DNA of 52,232 bases, filler included, from Squatina squatina (Eukaryota), in the NCBI GenBank assembly GCA_031763465.1. It is 3 parts of 3 records of this genome, joined end to end, with 100 filler letters (N's around TTAATTAATTAA, not from the genome) between each part and the next. Parts side by side here need not be neighbours in the genome. Positions count along the whole stretch, not along the records: positions 19,634 to 37,294 come from JARFOE010000203.1; 2 more parts are not named here. The stretch is one strand, 5' to 3'. The translations under genes and the position numbers were made by a program. Below the pieces are notes generated by a model. That model did no database searches and was not told the origin of the DNA. It saw nothing but the letters and a program-made list of their open reading frames with translations. How positions within the stretch are numbered: position 1 is the first letter of the stretch; each line of letters starts with the position of its first letter. Shown here one piece after another: positions 24,011 through 37,394 of the stretch.

Positions 24011-25711
24011 ACATATTTTGGTCTTTCATGACTTGAAAAAATTACATATAGTAAACCACTAGAAAAAGTTCACCAGTTTTGCATCCATTGCATCTAGCAG
24101 TTAGCTTCCATTACAATTTTAAAATAAAATCACAATATTTATCAACATAAATCCAGAAGCAAACTTTATATGTTCTAAAGGAAACATAATGTATAAGTAT
24201 ATTCAAGAAAATTAAAATACCTCACAATATAAAACAAAATGTTGTGTCCTCTCTTTATTCCAGCTCAAGTCCCTTGCCACAATGCCAGCACAGCAATCAA
24301 ACACAATCAATTTCTTCATTTTACTTAACTCTTCCATCTTGCAATCTGCAAAACTATATTCAGTAATTATCTTAACTGTATAAAACACAGAATTCAGTTT
24401 ATATACACGATAATGCAATCAGTGTTCACAACTGTACAATGCATTGTACAAGTTATACTAAACATTTTGTAAACTGGTGCAACATATTTACGAATTATCA
24501 GTATATTAAAATGAAATTGCTCTTTGCATACTCCACTGTTTTCCTTTTACTTAAGAATGCATATTGGCTGTGTGTAATATGTGAGTTATACAGTAAAGAC
24601 AATAGCTCAGCCAGCAATCAATATTTTTAATTAGGACAGCATTTGACATGTGCAGATTTTAACAATGTATATGCCAAAGAGAACTGAATGATATACACAT
24701 TGCTAAGGGTTTTAAAAAATGTCAACTTGAAACTGTTGACACTTCACTAATACAAGTCTTAGGCAGACTTGATACAGATGCTGTAATCATATAATACAAA
24801 GCAAAAGGTTCATCATAATTGTACCTTACAATTATTTAACTCCAAGCCATGCTGAAGTTATTTATACTCCTTCAGAAATGTTTGGTTGTAATAAGTACAC
24901 ACATTGATGGAAAGCTTTCAGCCTTTGATGTACATGGAACTGCAAGTCTTTGTGAATGCTGACCATTCACAATGTGCATGCAGCTCTTCCGTTGCTGAAA
25001 ATTGGCTTTCTGAATGCTTTGTTCAGCTGTAGTGCCCATGTCAGAGGTGCAGAACAACAAAGGACACTTGCTGTTCATGTGATCTTGCTGTGTGCAAATT
25101 GGCTGCATTTTAACTAAATAATTCATTGGTTTTTAAAGTGTTTTGATAAGGTGTGACATAAATGCAAGTTTGTTCAATTGACAGGAATCAGCCACATCAA
25201 AACAGCCAGCTTTCCTTCCATTCAGTCCTGGTTAACATATACTTGGCATTAATTGTAATATATTAACAGTTTACTGCTGATGTGCGCTAGAACAAGGGGT
25301 TTTATTAAATTCTGGCCTAAAACAATGGGGAAGATCTGAAACTTAGCTGACACCTTTCTGTTTTTTTTTTAGGAAACCGAACTCATGGACATCTTAACTA
25401 AATGCCTTCCTAGATTGTCTTAGTGGTAATAGCAATCTATTCTGCCATATTGGCAGAAATCCTCTTGATTTCAACGTGAGCTCCTTGTAGGTTGTCGCAA
25501 ATTAAGCTCTTTAGTTAATTTTTTAGTTGATTCATTCTGTGGAGAATAAATTAGGCTAAAATAATGTCGAGCATTGATGTTCAACAGGGTATCTGTAGCT
25601 CTGCAGAGTATTGCCACACACAGTGATGTTTTCTCATGGTTTTGCATGTCCAGATTTCTTTCCCCTCCATTTCTCAAACATGCACATAAATATCTTTTTG
25701 AAGGTGTAAAG

Positions 25712-26160
25712 CAAAATACTGGAGATTGGAAATAGAAACGGTAAATCCTGGAAAAACTCAGCAGGTCAGGCAGCATCTGCGGAGTGACAAACGTATGGTT
25801 AACTTTTCAGGTCGATGACATTATCAGAACTGGGAGGTGCTGGAGATGAAAACCTTTTTTGAGCTGGGGCGGAAAGGAGGCAAGGGTCCAGGAATATGGT
25901 GGAAGAAAGACAGGTAAACATTAAAGGGGTGGACCCCATCCTAAGCACCAGCCTGCGCTACCTCCAACTCCAGGAGCTCTGATGCACCCATCCTACATTA
26001 CCAGCACCTTCTGTCTGAGAGAAAATTAGAACTGTAGTTAAGGTCTGAAGTTGTTAAAGTTATTGTACTAAAGTTATTGTTAAGGCCAGAGAGCAGTAAA
26101 GTATCTTGTAGAAAGATGAAGTGATGTTCATCAAGCTTGTGTTGAGCTTCATTGAAAGTC
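25712..26160 (-). mobile_element. Penelope-like element remnant (GIY-YIG C-terminus plus terminal repeat)
   Basis: NEAQHKLDEHHFIFLQDTLLLSGLNNNF resembles the Penelope endonuclease end RKLEEQHLIFRLGTLQPxGLNxxF; terminal repeat at 25730-25835. Confidence 0.7.
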
Positions 26161-27141
26161 CTCTCCGGCCACACTTTCATCAATGCAACAGTCTGTCAGG
26201 AATTTCAGGGCTTCTACCTTTCTAAACCATGTTGTATATCATAAGAACTCTGGCCTAATTCTTATTTTTATTGTGCCTCAGTAGTTCAGCAGATTATTTC
26301 AAATTGATCGGTATCTGTTTCCATGGGTCTTTTCTGGCATTTGTAGTAGTTTTGTTTGCATAATGCGGTAATGGAGATAGCACATAGCAAACATCTTCCT
26401 CTAATCCCTCTCTTTCAATATGGGTTACCCTATCTCGTGATAATAACTAACCTGCACCTATTTAGCATATCGTCTGCACATGACAAATTATAACAATCGG
26501 TACCGAAGCAACACTAANNNNNNNNNNNNNNNNNNNNNNNNNNNNNNNNNNNNNNNNNNNNNNNNNNNNNNNNNNNNNNNNNNNNNNNNNNNNNNNNNNN
26601 NNNNNNNNNNNNNNNNNAAAACATAAGATTTTATGTCTCCCATAAATTGAAAATGCTCAAAGGTTATTTTCAATCTTCATTGCATAATTAGTTTATTACA
26701 TTGTGACTATAAAATGCTCCTTATAATCTGCAGGACAGATGAAGTATTCAACTACTCAATAACCTTCAAAATTACAGTCAACAGTGTGGATATTGTTACG
26801 GTGAAGTAATGGCATTGCTAATTACTCAGCAAGAAAAAGACTCATGTTTTCTGCTGCTCATTGCTTGGTACCGCTCAATGGAAGTCCTCAGGAGAAAGGT
26901 CCCCAAATCACGTGGGGTCCCGACGGGGTTATCGGGGAGCACACGAAGGGGACGTGAAGTCTGAACAGCCATGAGTTGGGTGCATTTAATAAACGGATGT
27001 GGCCACCCCCAGAATTGATCGCAATCCAGTGAAGGGTGAACCTTGTTGCTGTTCTCCTGCAGCTGAGCGTGTGCTGTTAGCGGGAGCCATGTACGGTCGG
27101 CAGGACTCGGGTTGCAGCGGTTGTCAGGAAGTGTGAGGTAA

Positions 27142-27885
27142 TGGCTCAGATTCTGCTGTACTAATAATGGCGAGGCTAACAGTGCTCACCATTATTACTG
27201 AGTAAAACTGACCACAACTTCTGGCGTCCGTACATGCGCAGTTAAATGCGGCAATCTGGAAGTTGCTGTCAGTGCTACTCTGCTCCTCCACAGGCTGCAC
27301 AGTTGCAGTCTTTGCCGATGGAATCTGTCCAGAAAACATAGTTATGGTAAAAACTTAGGCTAATTACCCACTATTCTCGTTCTAAAGAATAATGAATAAG
27401 TTAAGGCTTGTTCAATCATAGTAAGTGATAATTACTGCTGAACAAACTCTCTAGTCCTGAAAAAATAATTTACATGTGGAGTCTCATTCCCTCAGAAGAA
27501 AATTAATGTTGCAGATTTGAAAAAAATAAATGTAAAAAAAAAAAATAGTTCTACTGTTTTGCTCTTTTATATCTTTCCCTTAATCACATGTGTATGTCCC
27601 GATCTTTACTTTGCTTCCTGCACACCGATTTACCTTTTATTTACTTCCTGGATTGCAGTCTGCATGTCTCGGTGAGGATGCTTCAATTTGATTGTTTGAG
27701 AAGCTTCTGCGCTGCTTGTTCTGCTGACAGATGCCACAGATCCCCTGCAGAGGGTGCCACGCTGGACCAGATACCTGGTGACAGTAAGTTTCCCCTTAAA
27801 AACCTGTAAAAACACTGTGGGCAGCTGTCAGTGAAGTGAACGGCGAGCAACGATTCTTCGCCACTGACTGCAAAGGCCAGGCCAC
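27142..27885. mobile_element. Non-autonomous MITE-like DNA element, copy 2
   Basis: Same family as 1062-1820; imperfect inverted ends (tggcgaggctaacagtgctcacc versus ggcgagcaacgattcttcgcca). Confidence 0.7.
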
Positions 27886-27939
27886 TGAAGCACAGGATAA
27901 AGTGCAGAAAAGATTTTACCATAATTGAGAGGTTGCAAC

Positions 27940-28360
27940 TATCAGGAAGATTTAGCAGACTGGGGCTTATTTCTCTGGAAAAAGGAGGGAACCTGATAAA
28001 GGCCTTTAAAATTTTGAAGAAATTCCGTAAGGTTTACGGAAAAACTGTTTCCACTTGTGGGTGAGTTCAGAATAAAGGGGCTTAATAGATCAAACAAATA
28101 ATTTAGGAGGAACTTTATTACAAAAAGAGTGGTGAGAATGTGGAACTTGCTGCGGCATGGAGTGGTTGAAGCAGATCGTATTGACACATTTAAAGGAGGG
28201 TTGATACGTACAGGAGAGAAATGAATAGAGGTATATGGGGGAAGGTGAGATGAGGTAATTACAATGGGAGGAGGCTTTTGTACAACATAAACACCAGCAT
28301 AGATCAGTTGGGTCAAATGACCTGTTGCTGTGCTGTAGATTTTATCTAATTCTATGTAGT
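27940..28360 (+). mobile_element. CR1 LINE 3' end
   Basis: RLGLISLEK...RRNFITKRVVRMWNLL followed by a tail ending ttctatgt. Confidence 0.8.
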
Positions 28361-28731
28361 ATAAATGGGTCAAGAGACAATTCAGTACATTTCCAGAGAG
28401 AAGGAATTAAAAGATATGATGAGAAATTGGGGTTCTATCAAAAAGTGACTGGCAGCTTATATTAAATTGCATTACTATTTCATTGGTTACAGATCTGGTA
28501 CTAACAACAATTCACACATTTGTATTGCTATGCTACACGCAATTGCGTCAAAATCTCACAGTACAATATAACAAATGTAATCATGAGAAGCACACAGACA
28601 AAGGGATTCTCTACAAATGCATTGATGTGAAATTCCTTCATTCATTATTTGGCAAAGGCATCAAACATTGTTAAATATTAATTCATTTGTTAACCTATTT
28701 TGCAGTGTGATTTGAGGAAAATGTCTCTCAC

Positions 28732-28910
28732 CTGAACGTCTGTATGACTCATGGCAGGTGATGGTGATTTCTGCTGCCAATTCCATGGAGTGTTTAGATT
28801 GGTCGGTTGGTGCATCATCAGCTCCCATGGCTAACATCCCTCCCGAAAAACATGCCAGATGCCCCATCTTATGGTCCAATATCCCGCATCTCCACTCTGC
28901 AATATAGGTC
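28732..28910 (-). CDS. MAN1C1: Class I alpha-1,2-mannosidase (GH47) exon, equivalent to MAN1C1 exon 9, 5' part lost in the gap 28911-29010
   Basis: TYIAEWRCGILDHKMGHLACFSGGMLAMGADDAPTDQSKHSMELAAEITITCHESYRRS, donor TCAG|gtgaga. GILDHKMGHLACFSGGM is the MAN1C1-type version of this block. Confidence 0.88.
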
Positions 28911-29164
28911 NNNNNNNNNNNNNNNNNNNNNNNNNNNNNNNNNNNNNNNNNNNNNNNNNNNNNNNNNNNNNNNNNNNNNNNNNNNNNNNNNNNNNNNNNN
29001 NNNNNNNNNNCAAAAATATGTAGTTGCAAACATTTTCAGTAAGTATTTTAAACAATTTGTGAGGGAAGTCAGTCAGTGGCTATATTGTACAATTACACAG
29101 TAATTTATACTACCAACCTTATCAAAACCTTTCATATTTTTGAACACTTATTTCAGATCTCCTA

Positions 29165-29895
29165 GAATAGAATCATACAGCACAGAAGGAGGCTATTTGG
29201 CCCATCGTGCCTGTGCCGGCTCTTTGAAAGAATGAGTCCCATTCCCCTGCTCGTTCCCCATAACCCTACAAAATTTCCTTTTCCAGTATTTATCCAATTC
29301 CCTTTTGAAAGTTACTACTGAATCTGCTTCCACCACCCTTTCAGTTAGTATGTTCCACATCATAACAACTCACTGTGTAAAAACATTTTTCCTCATTTCT
29401 CCTCTGGTTCTTTTGCCAATTACCGTAAATCTGTGTCCTCTGGTTACCAACCCTCTTACCAATGGAAACAATTTCTCCCTATGTACTCTATCAAAACCTC
29501 TCATAATTTTGAGCACCTCTTTTAAATCTCCTCTTAACCTTCTCTGCTTCAAGGAGAACAATCCCAGCTTGTCTAGTCTTTCCACATAACTGAAGCCTCT
29601 CATCCTTGGTACCATTCTAGTAAATCTCCTTTGCAAGTTCTCCAAGGCCTTGATCATCGTTCCTAAAATGTAGTTTTATAATTGGACACAATACTCCAGC
29701 TGAGCCCTAACCAGTGATTTATAAAGGTTGAGCATAACTTCCTTGCTTTTGTACTCTGCCTCTATTTAGAAATTATTAGATCACATATTCTTTTTTAACA
29801 TCCTTATCGACTCGTCCTGCCATTTTCAAAGATTTGTATACGTGAAACCCCAAGTCTCATTGTTCCTGCACCCCGTTTAAAATTGTACCATTTAC
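29165..29895 (-). mobile_element. CR1 LINE ORF2 C-terminus and 3' tail
   Basis: IKALENLQRRFTRMVPRMRGFSYVERLDKLGLFSLKQRRLRGDL...TRGHRF; tail ends gattctattcta. Confidence 0.9.
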
Positions 29896-30727
29896 TTCTA
29901 TAACAAGGAGACATAGATATAAGATCAAATGTAAGAGATGAGGACAGAAATCAGGAAAATCTTTTTACACAGCGGATTATGAGGCTTTGAGGTCGTGGAA
30001 TGGAAGAGCTGAGTCAGTGGTTGTAATTTTTACATAATTCTCTGTTCTAGTGAAAAGACCCCCAAGTTTCTCTGGTCTGTCCCCATGACTAAATCCTCTC
30101 ATCTCATGTCATTTTAGTAAATCTCTTCTGTACCCACTCCATGGCCTTACCAATCTTCCTAAAGTAGGTTGCCCAAAAGTAGATATAATATTCTAAAGGT
30201 GGCCTAATCAATGATTTGTGTAGGTTTGGCATTACCTCTTTACTTTGGTACTCGAAGCCAGAATTTATAAAACCTTGGGTCCCAGAAGAATCAGGAATTA
30301 ACTCAGCTCTCAGCCTCCCTCAATTCAAACTGCCCAATCAACACTGTCCAGTTCATTTGGTTAATCTTACAGTCAATCTTCTTCACCTTTGGGGGATAAA
30401 AACAGTCCTATGAGCACAATTGCCACACAGCCTCACTTACAGTGGCACATTTAAAACACAGCTACCACCAACAATGCCTGTTCAGGCTATTCTTGCTTCC
30501 TTACCTTCACTCAACAATATCTCACTTTTTCAGCATCTCACTCAATTGGTCTCTCTCAATAATATTAATAGTACTGCCTAATTTTTCCTAAGAAAGGTAA
30601 GGGAAGAGTTCTGTAAAGTAAGGCAACAACTGGTGGTAGGGAAGGGGAATGTCCATGATGGAATAAATATACATAGGCTCATGATGAACTAAATGGTCTT
30701 CTCTTGCTTCAAGCTTTCATGTTCTTA

Positions 30728-30970
<243 letters not shown>

Positions 30971-32639
30971 TTATCAATCAAAAATTAATCAAATACTAAA
31001 TAAGGAGGTAGGNNNNNNNNNNNNNNNNNNNNNNNNNNNNNNNNNNNNNNNNNNNNNNNNNNNNNNNNNNNNNNNNNNNNNNNNNNNNNNNNNNNNNNNN
31101 NNNNNNNNNNNNCAATGTGGTTGACTCTTATCTGTCTTCTGAAATGGCCTAGCAAGCCAATCAGTTGTGAACAACTGCTACAAAAAGTCACCACAACAAG
31201 AGAGGTGGCTCATCACCACCTTCTCAAGGGCAACTAGGGATGAGCAATAAATGTTTGCAATGCCCACAACCCAAGAACAAATATATATATATATTTTTAA
31301 AAGCCCAAGCCTGAATGTTGTCCAGGTCTTGCTGCATGTGGGCATGGGGATTTGCAAATTATATTGCCATTCAGGCTTCTGGACAAAATGATATCGAGAT
31401 TTCTTAAAATCTCACTGTAGATATGGGTTGATACCAGCAGCACAGAACCATGCAGGCNNNNNNNNNNCATGCTTTCTCTTTAAGGCAATCATCTGTGCTG
31501 CCCTTATTTTAAGGAGAATAAAGAGTAGAAGGTTGACACCAGGGATACAAAGGCTGTTTAATGCAACCATAGCTTATAATACTTATGTACCAGCCACAGG
31601 CATAAGCAGAGCAAAGAAACATGCTTCAGCAGAATTATTGTCAAATGTATGTTGAAGCTATGCTTTACATGTTTGAACTAATTGGATGCACATTTAAGCT
31701 ATATCCTCCCCCTCCAGATGTCTTCAAATGTAGTGCTAACACAACATTATTTCTTAAAAGAACAAATCATATCTGCCAAGCAGCAGTCCACCTTCTGCTG
31801 CACTTCTTCAAATATCATCTGTTATAATCTTATGCTGGGCTTCTGATCCAAGGTAAATATCATGGAGGAGATGACACACGATGGTTCTGGCTGGTTTCAC
31901 TGGATAGCCTGCATTTAGTATGTTATGATTAGTAAACAAAGTGAGGTGAACTTCTTAGAGGTCCTTCCATTGGTCCACCAAAACTTCAGCAGAAGACTGG
32001 AAGAAACCTAGCAGAAATGGTGCAAACAGCTGTTTCTGCAGTGTCTCCGGGATCTGATGTTACACTGGGAAATTGAGAGAACTTTGAAAATTCCAAGTTG
32101 CAAGTTCAGATAAAGAGTTCCACATGAAATATTAATGTGCTGTGCGTGTTTTATCCAAACAAGAATGAAGCACTGTATTGCATTTTGTGTCACTGTGAAA
32201 GTAATTTGAAGCATTTATGACAAAGATACATAACAAACTTTTCATCCACAATTCTGTAACTTAGTATATATTTCCAATAATATGTCACTTTGATTTCAGC
32301 ACTGAGCCCTATTCTATGTGCAAGCGGCACCTGATGTAATACAGTGTGATGAAACAGTGGATCCTTATTATAGTAAATTCTTGTTAAAGCAAGACTACAT
32401 AAAAACTAAGTCTTGAAGTTACGCTTAAAAAGATTACACAAATCCCTTTGTTCATTTATTTTAACCAATGAGTTATTGTATCCATTAAAATACTNNNNNN
32501 NNNNNNNNNNNNNNNNNNNNNNNNNNNNNNNNNNNNNNNNNNNNNNNNNNNNNNNNNNNNNNNNNNNNNNNNNNNNNNNNNNNNNNNNNNNNNNCGTGTG
32601 TTGGTAGTATACTGTAGTACAGAATCAGAAATTGAATCA

Positions 32640-32933
<294 letters not shown>

Positions 32934-33139
32934 TTACTGGAACACAACATAACAGTCAGACTTTGGAACAAACTATAAATGAGTCAAAAACAAGTAAATT
33001 TATTTATAATGGGATAATCTTTGGTAAGGGAATCATAAAGGTCATAAGCAGGTTCATGGCAGACTGCAGCCATCAGGGGGAAGAAAAAGTCACAAAATTG
33101 AAAAAAGTACAGTAGAGCAGTAATTATAGCAAGTCAGTT

Positions 33140-33446
33140 CTGTGGCAGACAGGCAGATGTGTATATCGACATTCAAAAGATGATAAAGCACCACTTAATA
33201 GACTTGTTAGCAAAATCAGGGCCTGTGGGATTAAAGGGGCAGTGGCAGTATGGATATGAAATTAGCTAAGAGACAGAAAGCATTAGGTAGTGATGACGGT
33301 TGTTTCTCAAAGGAAGGAAATATACAGTGGCGTCCCACTGCTTTTTTTGTTATATATTAATGACCTGGACTTGGGTATGGGGGTATTATTTTAAAGTTTG
33401 CAGATAACACAAAGCTTAGAAATGTAGTAAACAGTGAGGAGGATAG
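33140..33446 (+). mobile_element. CR1 RT fragment
   Basis: Degenerate DVYIDIQK...YINDLDLG...KFADNTKL. Confidence 0.75.
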
Positions 33447-33546
33447 NNNNNNNNNNNNNNNNNNNNNNNNNNNNNNNNNNNNNNNNNNNNNNNNNNNNNN
33501 NNNNNNNNNNNNNNNNNNNNNNNNNNNNNNNNNNNNNNNNNNNNNN

Positions 33547-34250
33547 CAGGTTCTGCCAGAACCTCATCACAGCCTTGATTCAAGCATGGACATAAGACCT
33601 GAATGTCAAAGGAGAGGTGACAGTAGCTGCCCTCAACATCAAGGTAGCATGTGATCCAAGTGTAACACTAAGGAGCCCGAGCAAATCTAAATTCAACAGG
33701 AGTCAAAGGGAACACAGTCCAGTAGCTGGAGTCATACCTGACGTAAAGGAAGACAGTTGTGGTTGTCGGAAGCCAGTCAGCACAGCCCCAGGACATCACT
33801 GCAGAAGTTTCTCGGGGAAGCGTCCTTGGCCCAACCATAATCAGTTGTTTCATCAATGACATTCCCTTCATCATAAGGTTAGGAGTGGGGCCATTTGCTG
33901 ATGATTCCAGTGTTCAGATCCATTCATAACTCCCGTGACAAGGAATCAGCCCATACCTGCCATCAACATATTGGATGCCATCGCTGACCAGAAGCTGAGC
34001 TAGATCAGCCATATCAACACCATGGCTACAACAGGGCAGAGGGTAGGCATTTGGTGGCTCATCTCCTGATCGCTCAAAGCCTCTCCAACATCTACAAGCC
34101 TCAAGTCAGGAATGTGATGGAATATTCACCACCCACCTGGATGGGTGCAGCCCCAACAACACTCAAGTAGCTCAACATTATCCAGACATGAGCAGTTTGC
34201 TTGATCAGTGCCTCAACACATTATCTACCTTCTCCACCACTGGTGCACTA
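33547..34250 (+). mobile_element. CR1/L2-group RT fragment (second family)
   Basis: ALNIKVACD...LESYL...VLGPTIISCFINDIPFIIR...FADD and IYKPQVRNVMEYSPPTW, with frameshifts. Confidence 0.8.
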
Positions 34251-34594
34251 TACATATTCACACTTTCTAAAATGTGTGAAAATCTATACACATTTACTGC
34301 ATTTCCTTTGTCAATACATTCTGTTATTTCCTTAAAGAATTCCATTAAAATTTTCCAGACATAGCGCTTACAAGGCTGGCTATCCTCAATTAATCCATGG
34401 CTTCCAATGCGAGTATTTTATCCTGCATTAAGGCCTCTCGAAGCTTACCCACTAATGATGTCAAGTTCACTTTTCTATTGTCATCTGCCTTTCTCCCTTT
34501 TTTGAACAGAGGTGTTACATTGGCAATCCACTGGCACTACTTCTTTATCTGAATAAAAGCTAGAATGAAACCTGCAGTCGTTTCCTCGGCTTCA

Positions 34595-34846
<252 letters not shown>

Positions 34847-34949
34847 TTANNNNNNNNNNNNNNNNNNNNNNNNNNNNNNNNNNNNNNNNNNNNNNNNNNN
34901 NNNNNNNNNNNNNNNNNNNNNNNNNNNNNNNNNNNNNNNNNNNNNNNNN

Positions 34950-35245
34950 GGCCATCAATATAAGATAGTCACCGAGAAATCCAATAGGGAATGCAGAAGA
35001 AACTTCTTTACGCAGAGAGTGGTGAGAATGTGGAATTCGCTACCACAGGGAGTGGGTGAAGCGAATAGTATAGATGCATTTCAGGGGTGGTTAGATAAGC
35101 ATATGTGGGAGAAGGGAATAGAGGGTTATGCTGCTAGGGTTAGATGAAGAAAGTTGGGAGGAGGCTTGAGTGGAGCATAAACACTGGGATAAACCGGTTG
35201 GGCCAAATGGCCTGTTTCTATGCTGTATATCCAATGTAATATACT
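34950..35245 (+). mobile_element. CR1 LINE 3' end
   Basis: GHQYKI...RRNFFTQRVVRMWNSLP...FQGWLDKHM plus the shared tail. Confidence 0.9.
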
Positions 35246-36789
35246 GATGCGACCATTTAGGTGTCCTTGCGCTGCTTGACATTTCTATCTGAAGTCTCAA
35301 CCTAGTTTTATCTTCCCTGGCCAGGTCAATAGGCAATATCCTTAAGTAGACTCTGACCCAGAGGAGTGTAATACTCACAGAATCATAGAATGATACCACA
35401 CATGAGGCCATTTGGCCCATCATGCCTATGGCAACTCTTTGGTAGAGTAATCCAATTAATTCCACTCCTCTGCACTTTCCCCATAGCCCTGTAAATTTCT
35501 TCCCTTCAACTATCATTTTGTTCATCTCACCCTAGCATGTTTTAGATTCTCACTGTCTTACCCCAAACAATGCTGAGTGTGAGAAGCTGTAAAATCCACA
35601 TTATTTTTGACCTTGCTTTTGTGATGACTCAACAGATCACAGCGAAGGAAGCCAAAGTAATCTAGTTCATGCTTGTTGGTTGCAGTGTTTACAGTAGCTG
35701 CTCATTCCCATTTATAAACAAATAAATGAGGCACGAAGTACCATGTTTATGCTGCCTACCCCAGAGTGCGAGGTAACAATCCATTGTTTATTGGAGAAAA
35801 GCAGGAAATGGCCATTGATGAGAGAAAGTCAATGAAATTCATATGGGGCATGGTTTTTGGTATCAGTTCTCGTAAACCAACTGGAAAATAAAGCCGGCAG
35901 AAATCAGGGTTACATTGTTGAGCCACTTAATGTCAACCTAAAAGAATTGGGAACTACCCATGTGGAGGAGAAAATAACATAGCAAAGCAAAATGTTTCAG
36001 CTTCATTAGCCTTCCTCCATCATTAAGTAATATGGAATGAAATTCCCCATTTTGATTTCATTTATTATCAGTAGCATTTGTGTCATTAAAATTGTATAAT
36101 TGAAAAAAAAGCACACAAACAGCTGATTTACACAAAGACATAAAAAGCAGCAGGGCTTGAAGCAAACCAAGAAGCATTTCATGGTCATGAAAACATCTCC
36201 AAACAAATACAACAGAATAACAACGTCTGCTGTTTCAAATTCCACACAGATCTAAAAAAACAGCAGTTTTTAAATTTTACTTTTTATTTAAATGGTCAAA
36301 ATTAAACNNNNNNNNNNATATAGGGGTAACATTATAGAATTAGCAAAAAGCAAGTAATGAGAAAAAGCTAGATATAAAAGAGGATATCAGCAACCCACTA
36401 AGCAGTACAACAGCTAAATCATGTATCTATCGTGCTTCATATGTGGGCCTATGCATCAGCCAGTTTCTATTGTAGCATTGTGGCACTACAGACCACAATT
36501 CCACACAGACCACCTCCTTTGTCCTCAGGTTTGCAGCAATCTATATGTTCCAGCATAACATCGCCCAGAGTACCATCCATGCACCATTTCTCCATTTAGT
36601 AACTGTAAGACCTATTCTTGAAATGCTGTTGCTTTAGCTTCATCACCAGTGCTGTGCTCTCCAAATATAATTCCAATTCCCCAAATGTAAATGTCACATG
36701 TGCATGGGAACAGGGGACAGGCTGGGGGTGGGGGAGTTTGAAGGACCTGGAATTAGTATTTTCAGTATGAAACCTTCCTTAGATGATCT

Positions 36790-37085
36790 CTAATAGACAA
36801 AAATGTCTTGAATTCAGTTGTGGATTCTTCGTGCACCACTGTTTTTGGTAGCGCATTGCATATCCTAGCAACTCTGTGTGCAAAAAGAAATTCCCTAGAC
36901 TTTCCCTTTGTTCTTTTGATGATCTGAAAATTATGTCTTTTAGCTCTAAGCCCAGCCAGTGGAAATAGCTTTTCCAATTTATTTCGTCAAAAACCTTCCT
37001 AATTTAGAATACATCTATTAGATCTCCTCTTACACTTTGGGTGAATAAAATGAGCCCCAGTTTCTCCAGTATCTCATAACTTATA
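36790..37085 (-). mobile_element. Decayed CR1 ORF2 C-terminus
   Basis: SYEILEKLGL...RGDLIDVF and EKLFPLAGLRAKRHNF...FAHRVARICNALP. Confidence 0.75.
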
Positions 37086-37294
37086 TAACCAAAGACACCG
37101 ATTATTGTGGTTCTGTTGATCTTGCATTTTTCTGTAATTTGTCTACCTATCTCTTCATCTATCTCCTTTCCACTGTTTGACAATTCATAATAGTGTAACA
37201 ACTCTCTTCTTCCCCCTTAATTGCAATTTCCTCAACTAAGCTTTTGCACCATCCCTATATTCTAGTGCTGCAATGGAATCTTTGATGAACACTG

Positions 37295-37394
37295 NNNNNN
37301 NNNNNNNNNNNNNNNNNNNNNNNNNNNNNNNNNNNNNNTTAATTAATTAANNNNNNNNNNNNNNNNNNNNNNNNNNNNNNNNNNNNNNNNNNNN
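37295..37394. other. Artificial assembly linker N44-TTAATTAATTAA-N44
   Basis: Identical structure, with the 12-mer at 37339-37350. Confidence 0.95.
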
